From the sequence record SRR31156797_3235: 61,695 nucleotides of DNA; one strand, written 5' to 3'. Position numbers and translations under genes: made by a program. A model generated the notes under the pieces. It ran no database searches, was not told the origin of the DNA, and worked only from the letters and a program-made list of their open reading frames with translations. This document shows positions 38,243 through 48,006 of this stretch, piece by piece (position 1 is the stretch's first letter; every line of letters starts with the position of its first letter).

Positions 38243-40561
38243 ATGCGCCATATTAATCAAAAAGTTGAAAAAGTTCTCCCTATCATTTTCCTTGCGCTGA
38301 TGCCGGCGGCCTTTTTCGCTAAAATAATTTTTTCACAGGAGACGCTCTACGGAAGTGACTTCCTGTGTTATTTCTATCCCGTAAAACGCTTTGTCTATGA
38401 CTATTTCTTAACGAATGGCGCCCTCCCCCTCTGGAACCCCTACCTTTTTTCAGGGACCCCCTTCATCGCCGATATCCAGGCCGCCATGTTTTATCCCTTG
38501 GGATTCTTGTATTATGTCATCCCCACGGAAACGGCCTATCCATACGCGACCGTGCTTCACTGTATTGTCGGCGCTATTTTCATGTATCTGTTCATGCGTT
38601 CCCTGCGGGCATCCAAATGGGGCGCATTTCTGTCCGGGTTTATCTTCATATTCAACGGCTATTTTATGGCGCACCTCTATGCCGGGCACCTTTCCTTTGT
38701 GCAAACATATGTATGGATTCCGCTGATTTTTCTTTTTCTTGTTCGATTGACTCAGTCGGCATGTTTCAGGTACGCTGTTTCGGCGGGGTTAATCCTGGGC
38801 ATTCAGATTTTGGGCGGTTTTCCGCAATTGGTCTTCTATACGATTCTGGCCTCGATCCTGTTGATCATCTATTCCTGCCGCGCCGGAATGAAAATCCAAG
38901 GGGCGCGATACCTCTTTAAAATGGCCGCCGCCACCCTTCTGTTCGTCTTGATCGGCGTGTCCCTGGCGGCGGTACAGCTCTTGCCCACATACGAATTTTC
39001 CACCTTGTCAACACGGGCCGGCGGGATACCGTACGATTTCGCCGTGATGGATTCCCTGCCCCCCGCAAACCTCTTGACATTCCTGGTTCCGCTCTTGTTT
39101 GGAACCCCTGTGGACGGCTCCTACTGGATCAATGATTCCACCTGGAAGTTCTGGGAATATTGCGCATATGCGGGCGTCGGTGCCCTGACAATATGCGTCG
39201 TCGCCATGAAGAAACTTGTCTCCGACCGTTTGGGCCTTTTTTTCATGATTTTGATTGCCACATCCCTGTTCCTGGCTTTGGGAAAATACAACCCCGCCTA
39301 CCCGGCAATTTATCATTTGCCCGGCTTTAAGGATTTTCGCATACCGGCGCAAATCATTTTTCTGTACATCTTCTCAATTGCAGTGCTTACCGGGAAGGGG
39401 CTCGATTTTTTAAAGGGCTCAAGAGCGTTTTCCATGGGATCGAAACAGATGGTTTTCCTGGTCCTTCTCCTATTTCTTCCCCTGATAATCTGGTCATACG
39501 GGTTTACGGATCATTTCAGCCATTTTCTTTCACAACACATTCAATTGCTGGGATTGTCCATCGAACGGATATCCTCAATCGCTTTCGTGGTCAGCCGCGC
39601 CATTTTTTTGAGTTATGGAATTCTGTTTGCCGTGGCGGTCTTCCTTTATCTCCATGACAAGGGAGGTATTTCCTATTCAATGTTGACCGCCGCATTGATA
39701 TTCATATCAATCGTAGATCTGGGTTCCTTTTCCTCTCCCATGATTCAGTCAACCGACATCAAACCCCTGTTGAACAAAGGGAAATGGCTTCATCACATTA
39801 CCCGGAACCCCATACTCTCCAGGGCCGCAATCAATGGGCGTTGTTTTATCGAAAATGCCGGTCTCTGGTATGGGTTTCAGGATATCCAGGGTTACGACCC
39901 CCTGATCCTGAAGCGATATATGGAATATATCAACAGGAGCCAGGGCCTTCCGCCGGATCGTAAAGTGGTGAATCTGCATTATATCTCCAATTTTAACCAT
40001 AAGCTCATCCGCATGTTGAATCTGAAATACGTGGTTGACTGCAAAGAACAGCGATTTGAAACGGTATATCCCTTTATGCCAAGGTGCAGCATTGTTCACC
40101 ATATGGATACAAAAGGGAAAAATGAGATACTCGATTTCATGTTGGAAGATCAATTCGATCCGCGTAAGACGGTGGTTTTTGAGAAGGGGAATGCCCCTAC
40201 GACATTTTTTCCCGAGGAACCATTCCCCGTCTCCCATGAAACATGTGGGATTACCGCTTACGGCAATGGTGAAATGAGATTGGTTGTCGATATGAAGGCC
40301 CCCGGCTTTTTGGTGATGAGTGAAATCAATTATCCGGGCTGGCAGGTGTTTGTGGATGGAACAAAAAGAAAGATCTTTACCGGAAACTATCTTTTTCGCG
40401 TCGTGCCCCTTAATAGGGGGCGTCATGACATCCATTTTACATTCAGTCCGCTCAGCTTTAAGATTGGAGCGGCTATTTCCGTTATTTCCCTGATTGGGAT
40501 AATGGCATCTCTCTTTTTGATCCAACGAAAGAGGCCTGTGCCGAAGGAGGGAACGACCTGA
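38243..40561 (+). CDS. YfhO-family GT-C membrane glycosyltransferase
   Basis: PLWNPYLFSGTPF, FYP, GFPQ, AVQLLPT, FRIPA, QGYDPL, SEINYPGWQVFVDG, FSPLSF. Confidence 0.87.
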   Translation: MRHINQKVEKVLPIIFLALMPAAFFAKIIFSQETLYGSDFLCYFYPVKRFVYDYFLTNGALPLWNPYLFSGTPFIADIQAAMFYPLGFLYYVIPTETAYPYATVLHCIVGAIFMYLFMRSLRASKWGAFLSGFIFIFNGYFMAHLYAGHLSFVQTYVWIPLIFLFLVRLTQSACFRYAVSAGLILGIQILGGFPQLVFYTILASILLIIYSCRAGMKIQGARYLFKMAAATLLFVLIGVSLAAVQLLPTYEFSTLSTRAGGIPYDFAVMDSLPPANLLTFLVPLLFGTPVDGSYWINDSTWKFWEYCAYAGVGALTICVVAMKKLVSDRLGLFFMILIATSLFLALGKYNPAYPAIYHLPGFKDFRIPAQIIFLYIFSIAVLTGKGLDFLKGSRAFSMGSKQMVFLVLLLFLPLIIWSYGFTDHFSHFLSQHIQLLGLSIERISSIAFVVSRAIFLSYGILFAVAVFLYLHDKGGISYSMLTAALIFISIVDLGSFSSPMIQSTDIKPLLNKGKWLHHITRNPILSRAAINGRCFIENAGLWYGFQDIQGYDPLILKRYMEYINRSQGLPPDRKVVNLHYISNFNHKLIRMLNLKYVVDCKEQRFETVYPFMPRCSIVHHMDTKGKNEILDFMLEDQFDPRKTVVFEKGNAPTTFFPEEPFPVSHETCGITAYGNGEMRLVVDMKAPGFLVMSEINYPGWQVFVDGTKRKIFTGNYLFRVVPLNRGRHDIHFTFSPLSFKIGAAISVISLIGIMASLFLIQRKRPVPKEGTT

Positions 40562-41910
40562 TGATCCTGGAATTTAAGCGGGTCAATATCCTTGGCTTGG
40601 AAATAGGAAACAGTTCCCCTGACGGCGTCTTAACCGGAAACGGTTGTCGGTTGCTTCTGATACTGCTGGGATTTACCGCAATCAATTATTTCTACAATGG
40701 CCTTTTCAGACCGTTATTCACCGATAAGATCGATTTTGAGGCCTACTATAACGCGGCTTTGGCGTTTAAATTCGGGGCTCCCTTGTATGATCTTATGATC
40801 GGATTTTTTGAAGTCGGGCCTGCAAAATATGAAGGCCCGCTTCCGTACGTATATCCCCCGCCATTCGCTGTTTTCTTGAGTCCTTTGGCAAATATGGGGT
40901 TTAAGGATGCCGTTCTGTTCTGGAACCTCGTTAACCAGATATTCTTCTTTTCCGGCCTGCTTTTGCTCATCAAGACCATTTCCCGGAAATATTCGTGGAT
41001 GGAACTGAGCGCCCTGATTTTTGTGTGCATGAATTTCAGACCTCTGTTCATTGATCATCTCTTGGGACAATGTAATATTCTCCTGTTTTTTTTAATGGTC
41101 CTAACCCTTTACTTCTATCGTTTACATAAAGATGTTTATGCGGGGATTTCTCTGGCAACGGCCTGCATCATCAAGGTTATCCCATTTTTTCTTTTGGCAT
41201 ATTTCTTATGGAAGCGTCGGTATAGGGTGTTTGCGGCAGGCGTATTAACGCTGTTACTCATTTTCGTCTATTCTTTGTTATTTTTCGATATGGATCTCTA
41301 TGTTTGGTATTTTAAATTCATGTCAAACCAGACCCTGTTTGACGCGTTTCATGACAATCACGCTCTCACTGGCTTTTTTACCCGGCTGCTGGCCCATACC
41401 ATTTGGACCCAGGGCATTCTGGACAGCCCGATGGCTGCCAAAGTTATGATTGCACTGAGTTCTCTGTCGATCATTGCCGTATTTTTCATCATAACCCGCA
41501 AGAGATGTGAGCCCGAGGATGATCGTACGCTTCACGAATACGGCCTTGCCATCATTACGATGCTTCTGCTGAGCAAGATGACCTCCACCCCCTATCTGGT
41601 CATGTTGTTGCCGCCACTCGGAATTTGGGTGCATGAACTGTTTAAATATGGGGTGAATAACAAGTGGATGCTTTTATCCGCCGCTGCTTACGGAATCGTG
41701 GCAATCTGGTATCCTTTGGCAGCAGGCAAGTTCCTCCATATGGATGCATACAAGATCATTCTGAAAGGCTTCTGGGTGAATGTCTTTTCAATCCAGTTTT
41801 TTGCCTTGGTAGTGTTTTGGTGGTATTTTGCATTTGGGCCTTCAGGTTCAGAGACGTCGGATATTCTGGAATGTGAATATGGGAAAGAGCCCGGACTCGA
41901 AATGGATTAA
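40561..41910 (+). CDS. GT87 (DUF2029, PimE-like) GT-C glycosyltransferase
   Basis: IDFEAYY, YVYPP, LGQCN, AGISLATACIIK motifs; multi-TM. Confidence 0.82.
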   Translation: MILEFKRVNILGLEIGNSSPDGVLTGNGCRLLLILLGFTAINYFYNGLFRPLFTDKIDFEAYYNAALAFKFGAPLYDLMIGFFEVGPAKYEGPLPYVYPPPFAVFLSPLANMGFKDAVLFWNLVNQIFFFSGLLLLIKTISRKYSWMELSALIFVCMNFRPLFIDHLLGQCNILLFFLMVLTLYFYRLHKDVYAGISLATACIIKVIPFFLLAYFLWKRRYRVFAAGVLTLLLIFVYSLLFFDMDLYVWYFKFMSNQTLFDAFHDNHALTGFFTRLLAHTIWTQGILDSPMAAKVMIALSSLSIIAVFFIITRKRCEPEDDRTLHEYGLAIITMLLLSKMTSTPYLVMLLPPLGIWVHELFKYGVNNKWMLLSAAAYGIVAIWYPLAAGKFLHMDAYKIILKGFWVNVFSIQFFALVVFWWYFAFGPSGSETSDILECEYGKEPGLEMD

Positions 41911-42617
41911 TGGAATTATCAGTGATCATACCGGCATACAACGAACAAGACCGATTGCCGCACACATTGGGGCGGATGGTGAGGTTTTTCAGGAAAAATC
42001 GGACTTCATTTGAAATCATTGTGGTTAATGATGGGTCAACAGACAATTCAAAAGCAATCCTTATGGAATATGGGGAAAGATATAAAGAAATAATTTTAGT
42101 TGATTATCCCAAAAACAGGGGCAAAGGCTACGCCGTGAGCAGGGGGGTGTCGAAAGGGATTGGAGACCTTTTCCTTTTTTCGGATGCGGACCTTTCAACT
42201 CCCATAGAAGAGTATGGAAAACTCCTTCCATTCATCAAATCGGGGTATGATGTGGTTATCGGGTCGCGGAGAATAAAGGGCGCCGACATCAAGATCAGAC
42301 AACCCGTTCACAGGAGGATCCTGGGAAGAGGCTTCGGCGTGCTGACCCAAATTTTTTTCCTCCGGGGCATCAAGGACTCCCAATGCGGGTTCAAGCTTTT
42401 CAAAAGCGGCGTGGCCAAAAAAGCCTTTGAAAGGCGAAAAGTGGACGGCTTCAGCTTTGACGTGGAAGTGCTGTATATTGCCAGGAAAATGCTGCGGGCG
42501 CGAATCAGGGAGGTGCCCGTTGAATGGTCTGACAGCGCCAAGCTTTCGAAAGTGAAGGCCGGCAGGGACACATTCCGGATGTTGAAAGATATTTTGAGAA
42601 TAAAGCGGCTGCATTGA
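41910..42617 (+). CDS. Dolichyl/polyprenyl-phosphate beta-glucosyltransferase-like GT2 (ALG5-like)
   Basis: IIPAYNE, VNDGSTD, NRGKGYAV, FSDADLSTP, IGSR, DSQCGFKLF, FSFDVEVL, EVPVEW. Confidence 0.88.
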   Translation: MELSVIIPAYNEQDRLPHTLGRMVRFFRKNRTSFEIIVVNDGSTDNSKAILMEYGERYKEIILVDYPKNRGKGYAVSRGVSKGIGDLFLFSDADLSTPIEEYGKLLPFIKSGYDVVIGSRRIKGADIKIRQPVHRRILGRGFGVLTQIFFLRGIKDSQCGFKLFKSGVAKKAFERRKVDGFSFDVEVLYIARKMLRARIREVPVEWSDSAKLSKVKAGRDTFRMLKDILRIKRLH

Positions 42618-42618
42618 C

Positions 42619-43395
42619 ATGTCTTTAAAAGAATTGGCGCCCACCTATTTTACCCGGCTGGCTACGGTGATCGGAGAGACCGGCCCACAGAAAAGGATCC
42701 TCAACGCAGGATGCGGGGATGGTGTATATGATCTCTATCTCAAAAACAAAACATCGGAAATCGTTTCCATCGACATTAACCGGAGCGACGTCCAAATCGC
42801 CAGAAATTTGAATTTTGAAAAAAATCTCCTGTACTGCGTGGCAGATATCGGGACCATGCCTTTTGCCGAGGGTATGTTTGATTGCGTTATCTGCGTGGAT
42901 GTGATCGAACACCTGGCCGACGACATGGGAGCGATTCGTGAAATGTGCCGGTGTCTCAAGAAAGGCGGAAAACTCATCGTCACCGCACCCTCCAGAAATT
43001 TCCCCCTGTTTTACGACCCTGTAAACTATGTGCTCAATAAATTCGGAAAAAAATTGCCCATCGGCATTTGGGGATGGGGGCATGAACGGTTGTATACGAT
43101 ACGGGAAATCGAGAGAAAAACAGGTCTCAAGCTGATAAGAACAGAATATCTCTCCAAGTCCCTGGTCGGGTTTCTGGAGAACGGCTACGTGAACAGCCTG
43201 CTCCAGAAATTCACCAAGAGCGATCCCGGCAATCAAGCGCGCATGGGCCGGCATGTGAACAGGACGGCCAAAACGGTCAAGTATGAAATACCCGCTGCTC
43301 TTTCTTTGATTCGGGATGCGGTCATAGGTCTTGACAGGACGCTTTGCCGCACGTCTACAAAAAGCGTCGGCATTATGGCCGTGTTCAGGAAATGA
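42619..43395 (+). CDS. Class I SAM-dependent methyltransferase
   Basis: ILNAGCGDG, FD..ICVDVIEH, LKKGG, GHERLY. Confidence 0.85.
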   Translation: MSLKELAPTYFTRLATVIGETGPQKRILNAGCGDGVYDLYLKNKTSEIVSIDINRSDVQIARNLNFEKNLLYCVADIGTMPFAEGMFDCVICVDVIEHLADDMGAIREMCRCLKKGGKLIVTAPSRNFPLFYDPVNYVLNKFGKKLPIGIWGWGHERLYTIREIERKTGLKLIRTEYLSKSLVGFLENGYVNSLLQKFTKSDPGNQARMGRHVNRTAKTVKYEIPAALSLIRDAVIGLDRTLCRTSTKSVGIMAVFRK

Positions 43396-43398
43396 AAT

Positions 43399-44361
43399 CT
43401 ATGCTTTCCTGGAAGCAACCATGACAAACGTTCCGTTCCGGCCCAACAATGCCTCAACAGGGAGGGCGGCGCCGGAAGCCGGGGTAAGGACGGCGCCGAG
43501 GATGAGATTTGATGTCTTGGCCCACGCGGAATGTTCTTTTCCCTTTCCCGTCAGAAAATCGAGAAAGATGTTAGGGGTAGGATTCAGATAATTCATGGCG
43601 CTTTGGGCCCATCCCATAAAATTGTATTCGGTTTCCCGGCATCTGGAACGGCAAACGCGAAATCCCGCCTTTTCGAGGCACCGGCGTAATGAACCCGGGT
43701 CGAAGTGGTACAGATGGCGCGGAACATCCAGCGGAAGCCATCGGGATCCGAACAGTTTTGCCTGTAGACTGTTGTTGTTGGGGACGGCAATGATCAAATG
43801 ACCCTTTGGGGCGAGCAGCCCTGCAATTAAATTCAGGGTTGATTTTATGTCTTTCATATGTTCCAGGCTGTGCCACATGGTAACGCCCTCAAAGCGTTCG
43901 GCTCCATCTATATGATCGAGGGTATGCCTTATGTCAAGACCGAAAGCCCGCGCCGGGTGTGGATTGATTTCCGTGCCCATGACGTTCCATCCCGCCCCTT
44001 TTGCCTCGAGCAGGAACGAACCGTCGCCGCACCCGATGTCAAGCAATCGCTTTTCAATTGTGTTACCCGCGAGACCTTCGAGAAAGCGGAGGCGTCGCCT
44101 TATACAAAACCTTGCGGTGATGCCGTGGCGGCCGCCATAATAGTACCTGCCGTAATATCGGTTTAAATCGTCCGGTTGGGGGTGGGTATGGCCAAGACCG
44201 CATTTTGTACATGCCAGAATGCTGAATGATTCGTTTGTTATGGGGTCGCAAACCCTGCTGAAACGGGGAGTCAACGTACCGCTACATACGTTGCAGGATC
44301 GGCGTGCCGGATTTTTCTTTAAAGGCTTGTCCTGCATTTCAAACTTATGGCCGGGTATCAT
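43399..44361 (-). CDS. Class I SAM-dependent methyltransferase with N-terminal Zn-ribbon
   Basis: CNVC...CTKCGL, LLDIGCGDG, WHSLEH, AVPN, LDVPRHLYHF. Confidence 0.88.
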   Translation of the reverse strand: MIPGHKFEMQDKPLKKNPARRSCNVCSGTLTPRFSRVCDPITNESFSILACTKCGLGHTHPQPDDLNRYYGRYYYGGRHGITARFCIRRRLRFLEGLAGNTIEKRLLDIGCGDGSFLLEAKGAGWNVMGTEINPHPARAFGLDIRHTLDHIDGAERFEGVTMWHSLEHMKDIKSTLNLIAGLLAPKGHLIIAVPNNNSLQAKLFGSRWLPLDVPRHLYHFDPGSLRRCLEKAGFRVCRSRCRETEYNFMGWAQSAMNYLNPTPNIFLDFLTGKGKEHSAWAKTSNLILGAVLTPASGAALPVEALLGRNGTFVMVASRKA

Positions 44362-45125
44362 TCGACAGTATCCTTGTCCGGTCTAGGGAATATTTTCGGG
44401 GTGATGATTTTCATCTTGGCCATACGAAAGAGAAACGCGGTGGAGAGGCATCCCAGTCCGTACTTCACGCTTCTGGAAAAATCAATTGAGGATGCTTCGG
44501 CAAAATAGTTGGTTGGGCAGCTGATTTCAGCCACCGTATATCCCATCCAGACCACCTGCGTCAGCATCTGATTGTCAAACACAAAATCATTTGAATTTTT
44601 TTCTATGGGAAGTTTTTTAAGCAGTTCACGGGAAAAAGCCCGGTAGCCGGTATGGTATTCGGACAGTTTGGCTCCGATGAGGATGTTTTCCACAAAGGTG
44701 AGAAAACGGTTGGCCGCATATTTCCAGAGGGGCATGCCGCCATTTAATGCATAACCGCCCAGGATTCTGGATCCCAAAACACAGTGATACAGGCCGTTTC
44801 CGATCATTGAAGCCATTGCGGGAATCAATTTCGGCGTATACTGATAGTCGGGATGAACCATGATGATAATGTCGGCTTCGGTTTTCAGGATGATGCTGTA
44901 GCATGACTTCTGGTTGCCTCCGTACCCTAGATTTTTGGAATGGGCATGAACGATGGTTTTGGGCAGCTGTTGCGCGATATCAACCGTATCGTCCCGGCTT
45001 GCGTCGTCAACGATGACGACCAGGTCAACAATCCCCTGGTCCATTACTTCACCATAGGTTTTCTCCAGTGTCTTCGCCGCATTGTACGCGGGCATGGCCA
45101 CAACAACTTTCTTATCCTTGTACAC
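44358..45125 (-). CDS. DPM1-like polyprenyl-phosphate glycosyltransferase (GT2)
   Basis: MPAYNA, VDDASRD, NLGYGGNQK, HPDYQY, GSR, LSEYHTGYRA, FVFD; GTG start at 45125 after GAGAGG. Confidence 0.88.
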   Translation of the reverse strand: MYKDKKVVVAMPAYNAAKTLEKTYGEVMDQGIVDLVVIVDDASRDDTVDIAQQLPKTIVHAHSKNLGYGGNQKSCYSIILKTEADIIIMVHPDYQYTPKLIPAMASMIGNGLYHCVLGSRILGGYALNGGMPLWKYAANRFLTFVENILIGAKLSEYHTGYRAFSRELLKKLPIEKNSNDFVFDNQMLTQVVWMGYTVAEISCPTNYFAEASSIDFSRSVKYGLGCLSTAFLFRMAKMKIITPKIFPRPDKDTVE

Positions 45126-45133
45126 AACGCCTC

Positions 45134-47071
45134 TCAAGATGCCGGTGAATTTTCCAATTCCGCGAAACGGTACAAAAAATATCGCCTTTTGTCGCTTTTG
45201 ACAAGCGTAAGATATCGGTTTTGGAATGTCAGAAACAGTTTCTTGTTCTCTTCTGTAAATGTGCCGGCATTGCCGAACACATAGTGGATATCATACAGGA
45301 TATGGGTAAATCCCTTCCTTTTAAGGGCGAGGCGGACATCCTCGGGGGTTTTTGAGCTGTTCAGTATGGTTTCGATGGTATGGGATTCGAACATGGAATC
45401 GGAATAAAAGGGGCGGTTGAAAAGATATGCGAGGTTTTTCATGTAAATCGTAAATATATACGAACTTTCAGGCAGTTTGGTATTCACATATCTGAGCATT
45501 GCATAGGAGGGGACGATTCGGGTCAAAAAGAGATTTTTGTCCTCATGGCCCGTGAGAACGCCCAAAGGGCGTATTTTCCTGAAATCATTTATGATATGAT
45601 AGCCGTTAAAGGCAAGTCCCCACGCAATGAAGATGGAAAGCAAGGTGAAGATTATCGTGTTGTTGCGATAATGGGAAAATGTAAGGCCGGTTGCCATGGC
45701 AAGAAATGGGAAAAGGGGTATGAGATATCGCATTTGTTGGGCGGAGGAGGCCCAGAAAAAAAATGCCAAAAGGCAATAGATTAATAATATCTTAATTTCA
45801 ATGGAGATTTTTCGCATACCGATGGCAAACGGCAGTACCAGAATAAAAACAGGACCCATTAATCCGTCGAAAAGGGGACTGTCCAATTGAGATCGGAAGC
45901 TCAGATTCCAAGGCAAGAGGATATAGTCCAGCAGTTCGCGGCCCATCCCTAAATTTTTTATGAAAACGTCGTAATATCCCGCCTGTTCCGCGCTCCAACC
46001 CTTTCCTCCGAATATTTGATAAAAGAAAGGGTACAGCGGATTGCCGGTCACGATCCAATTTTTCAAATAAAAGGGTGCGCCCGCCACGAACATGAACAAG
46101 ACATAAAGAGAGAGCAAACGGATCGCTTTGCGGGTCGGGATATCATTTTTTCTGCATGCCCACAAAACGCCGAGAATTCCGATAAACGGAAAAGAGAGGG
46201 CGCCGTATTTGATGGACATGGCAATGCCGCAGAAGATCGCGCAAAGGATAAGCCACAGGGTTCGTTTTGTGTTGAACCAGGTTATAAAGGCATATAAAGC
46301 CATAAAGGTAAAAAATGCCAGAATGAGGTCGCAGTTGGCCACATGGGCGTTTATGAAAACGGAAGGGATGGTGAAAAAGATGAGAAGGGGCAATAGTGGA
46401 AAATTGTTTTCATGAACGTATCGCTTGCCGAATTTCCACATGCCGAAAAGGACAAAAACGGCCATGGCAAAATGGATCCCTTTGGGCAGTATTTCCCCCC
46501 AAAGAGCGAGTGCCAAGATGTAGAGCATCTCGCCGAAAAAAGGATAAGAGGCAAAAATATTGCCGGAAATGAAATAGATTCCATGATGCGCCAAAAACAT
46601 CTTTGGAACGCCGATATGATAGATTAAAGCGTCTTTGCCTATTTCCGGCGTCAGAACCAGCATCAAACAGGCCAACAGGGCCATTGCCAGGGCCATGAGA
46701 CAGCAGCGGTTTACAACTGCGGGGAACGCTCCTTTGGAGACTCGATTTTCAAGAGGTTCGCTTTCCCCCAATAAAGGCGGTCTTACCCGAGCCTTTCGGG
46801 TCAAGTGCCATCCCGCAAGCGCCAGAATTGCACAGGTGCCGGTAAACCCATGGATGACGGCGGGATACAACGCCTGGCAGATGCCGAGGATGAATACGCA
46901 ATAGCCGATAACGGCAAAACCCACGGCTGCGGAAAACAAGATTGATTCTCCGGAATCAATCTCTTTCATGGGGGTCCTAACCAGCGCCAACTTGCCCACG
47001 CCGGATGCAATGAAACAGACAACGGCAATCCAAAAAATATTTCCCCCATGTTGCATCAATGCCGCGGCCAT
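45134..47071 (-). CDS. GT-C (GT39/PMT_2-like) membrane glycosyltransferase
   Basis: Multi-TM; DALIYHIGVPK, YP, KY, PFYLKNWIVTGNPLYPF, QQMRYLIP. Confidence 0.75.
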   Translation of the reverse strand: MAAALMQHGGNIFWIAVVCFIASGVGKLALVRTPMKEIDSGESILFSAAVGFAVIGYCVFILGICQALYPAVIHGFTGTCAILALAGWHLTRKARVRPPLLGESEPLENRVSKGAFPAVVNRCCLMALAMALLACLMLVLTPEIGKDALIYHIGVPKMFLAHHGIYFISGNIFASYPFFGEMLYILALALWGEILPKGIHFAMAVFVLFGMWKFGKRYVHENNFPLLPLLIFFTIPSVFINAHVANCDLILAFFTFMALYAFITWFNTKRTLWLILCAIFCGIAMSIKYGALSFPFIGILGVLWACRKNDIPTRKAIRLLSLYVLFMFVAGAPFYLKNWIVTGNPLYPFFYQIFGGKGWSAEQAGYYDVFIKNLGMGRELLDYILLPWNLSFRSQLDSPLFDGLMGPVFILVLPFAIGMRKISIEIKILLIYCLLAFFFWASSAQQMRYLIPLFPFLAMATGLTFSHYRNNTIIFTLLSIFIAWGLAFNGYHIINDFRKIRPLGVLTGHEDKNLFLTRIVPSYAMLRYVNTKLPESSYIFTIYMKNLAYLFNRPFYSDSMFESHTIETILNSSKTPEDVRLALKRKGFTHILYDIHYVFGNAGTFTEENKKLFLTFQNRYLTLVKSDKRRYFLYRFAELENSPAS

Positions 47072-47153
47072 CTCTCATTCATCCTGTTCTGCGGGTGTTT
47101 CCTGCGGAAACGGATGCTCCCACGGGTTGTTTACTTAATTCAGATGGGGTGTT

Positions 47154-47900
47154 ATGGTTAATCATGAATGGCCGGCCTTCTCCAAGAAGCCGATGATCAA
47201 TATGGCTACAGCTTTGAAACGCATGACTCAATTGTTAATCCGCCTATGGAATCGCAGAAACCTCAGGGCTATACTTGTAGGTCTTGCCTTGATTATCCTC
47301 CTCCTGGTTATGGTATGGGCAAGGGTTTTTTATGGTTCAATGGAAACGTACCGGGAGGGTGAAACCCATTTTAGGGCAAATCAATACATCAAAGCAATTA
47401 CATTTTTTGACCGTTCATTACACTGGTACGCCCCCTTTAACCCCTATATTCGCAAGTCAGCCGAGCGTTTGTGGGAGATCAGCAAGGAAGCACGGAAAAG
47501 GGGGGATATCCCCCTGGCATTGATTGCCACAAGGACAATCAGGAGGGGATTTGTCGCTGCAAGGAGCTTTTACGCCCCGGGCGGGGATTGGATTGGAAAA
47601 TGCGACCAAAGAATTTCAGCGCTCTTAAGGATTGAACAGGGCGGGAAAGGCAATCCAAAAGAGGGAGGAACAGCGGAAGGTGCTGTTGTAAACCACCCGC
47701 GGACAAAAGGCCCGGATATCTTTTGGAGCATCATATTGCTTGTCGGTCTCCTGGGATGGATCGCATCCGCCATCGGTTTGATCATTTCAGGGTTCCGAAC
47801 TTCCAAACCTTCGGGGTTGTTAAGCCCACCCAATTTCAAGTGGATGCTGCTCTGGGCTCTCTTTTTCGCAATCTGGATTTTTGGGATGATGAAGGCATAG
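47154..47900 (+). CDS. Hypothetical membrane protein with a single TPR-like element (start uncertain)
   Basis: N-terminal TM, YREGETHF...AITFFDRSLHWYAP helix pair, two C-terminal TMs. Confidence 0.6.
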   Translation: MVNHEWPAFSKKPMINMATALKRMTQLLIRLWNRRNLRAILVGLALIILLLVMVWARVFYGSMETYREGETHFRANQYIKAITFFDRSLHWYAPFNPYIRKSAERLWEISKEARKRGDIPLALIATRTIRRGFVAARSFYAPGGDWIGKCDQRISALLRIEQGGKGNPKEGGTAEGAVVNHPRTKGPDIFWSIILLVGLLGWIASAIGLIISGFRTSKPSGLLSPPNFKWMLLWALFFAIWIFGMMKA

Positions 47901-48006
47901 CACGTCCTTTTCCCTTAAGCCCGTTCCGGACGGAAGAAATGGAAGAGGCCCTTGCAAGAACCGACAAAATAATCGATACTTTTACATTTTAGAGAGCGGG
48001 TGGTCC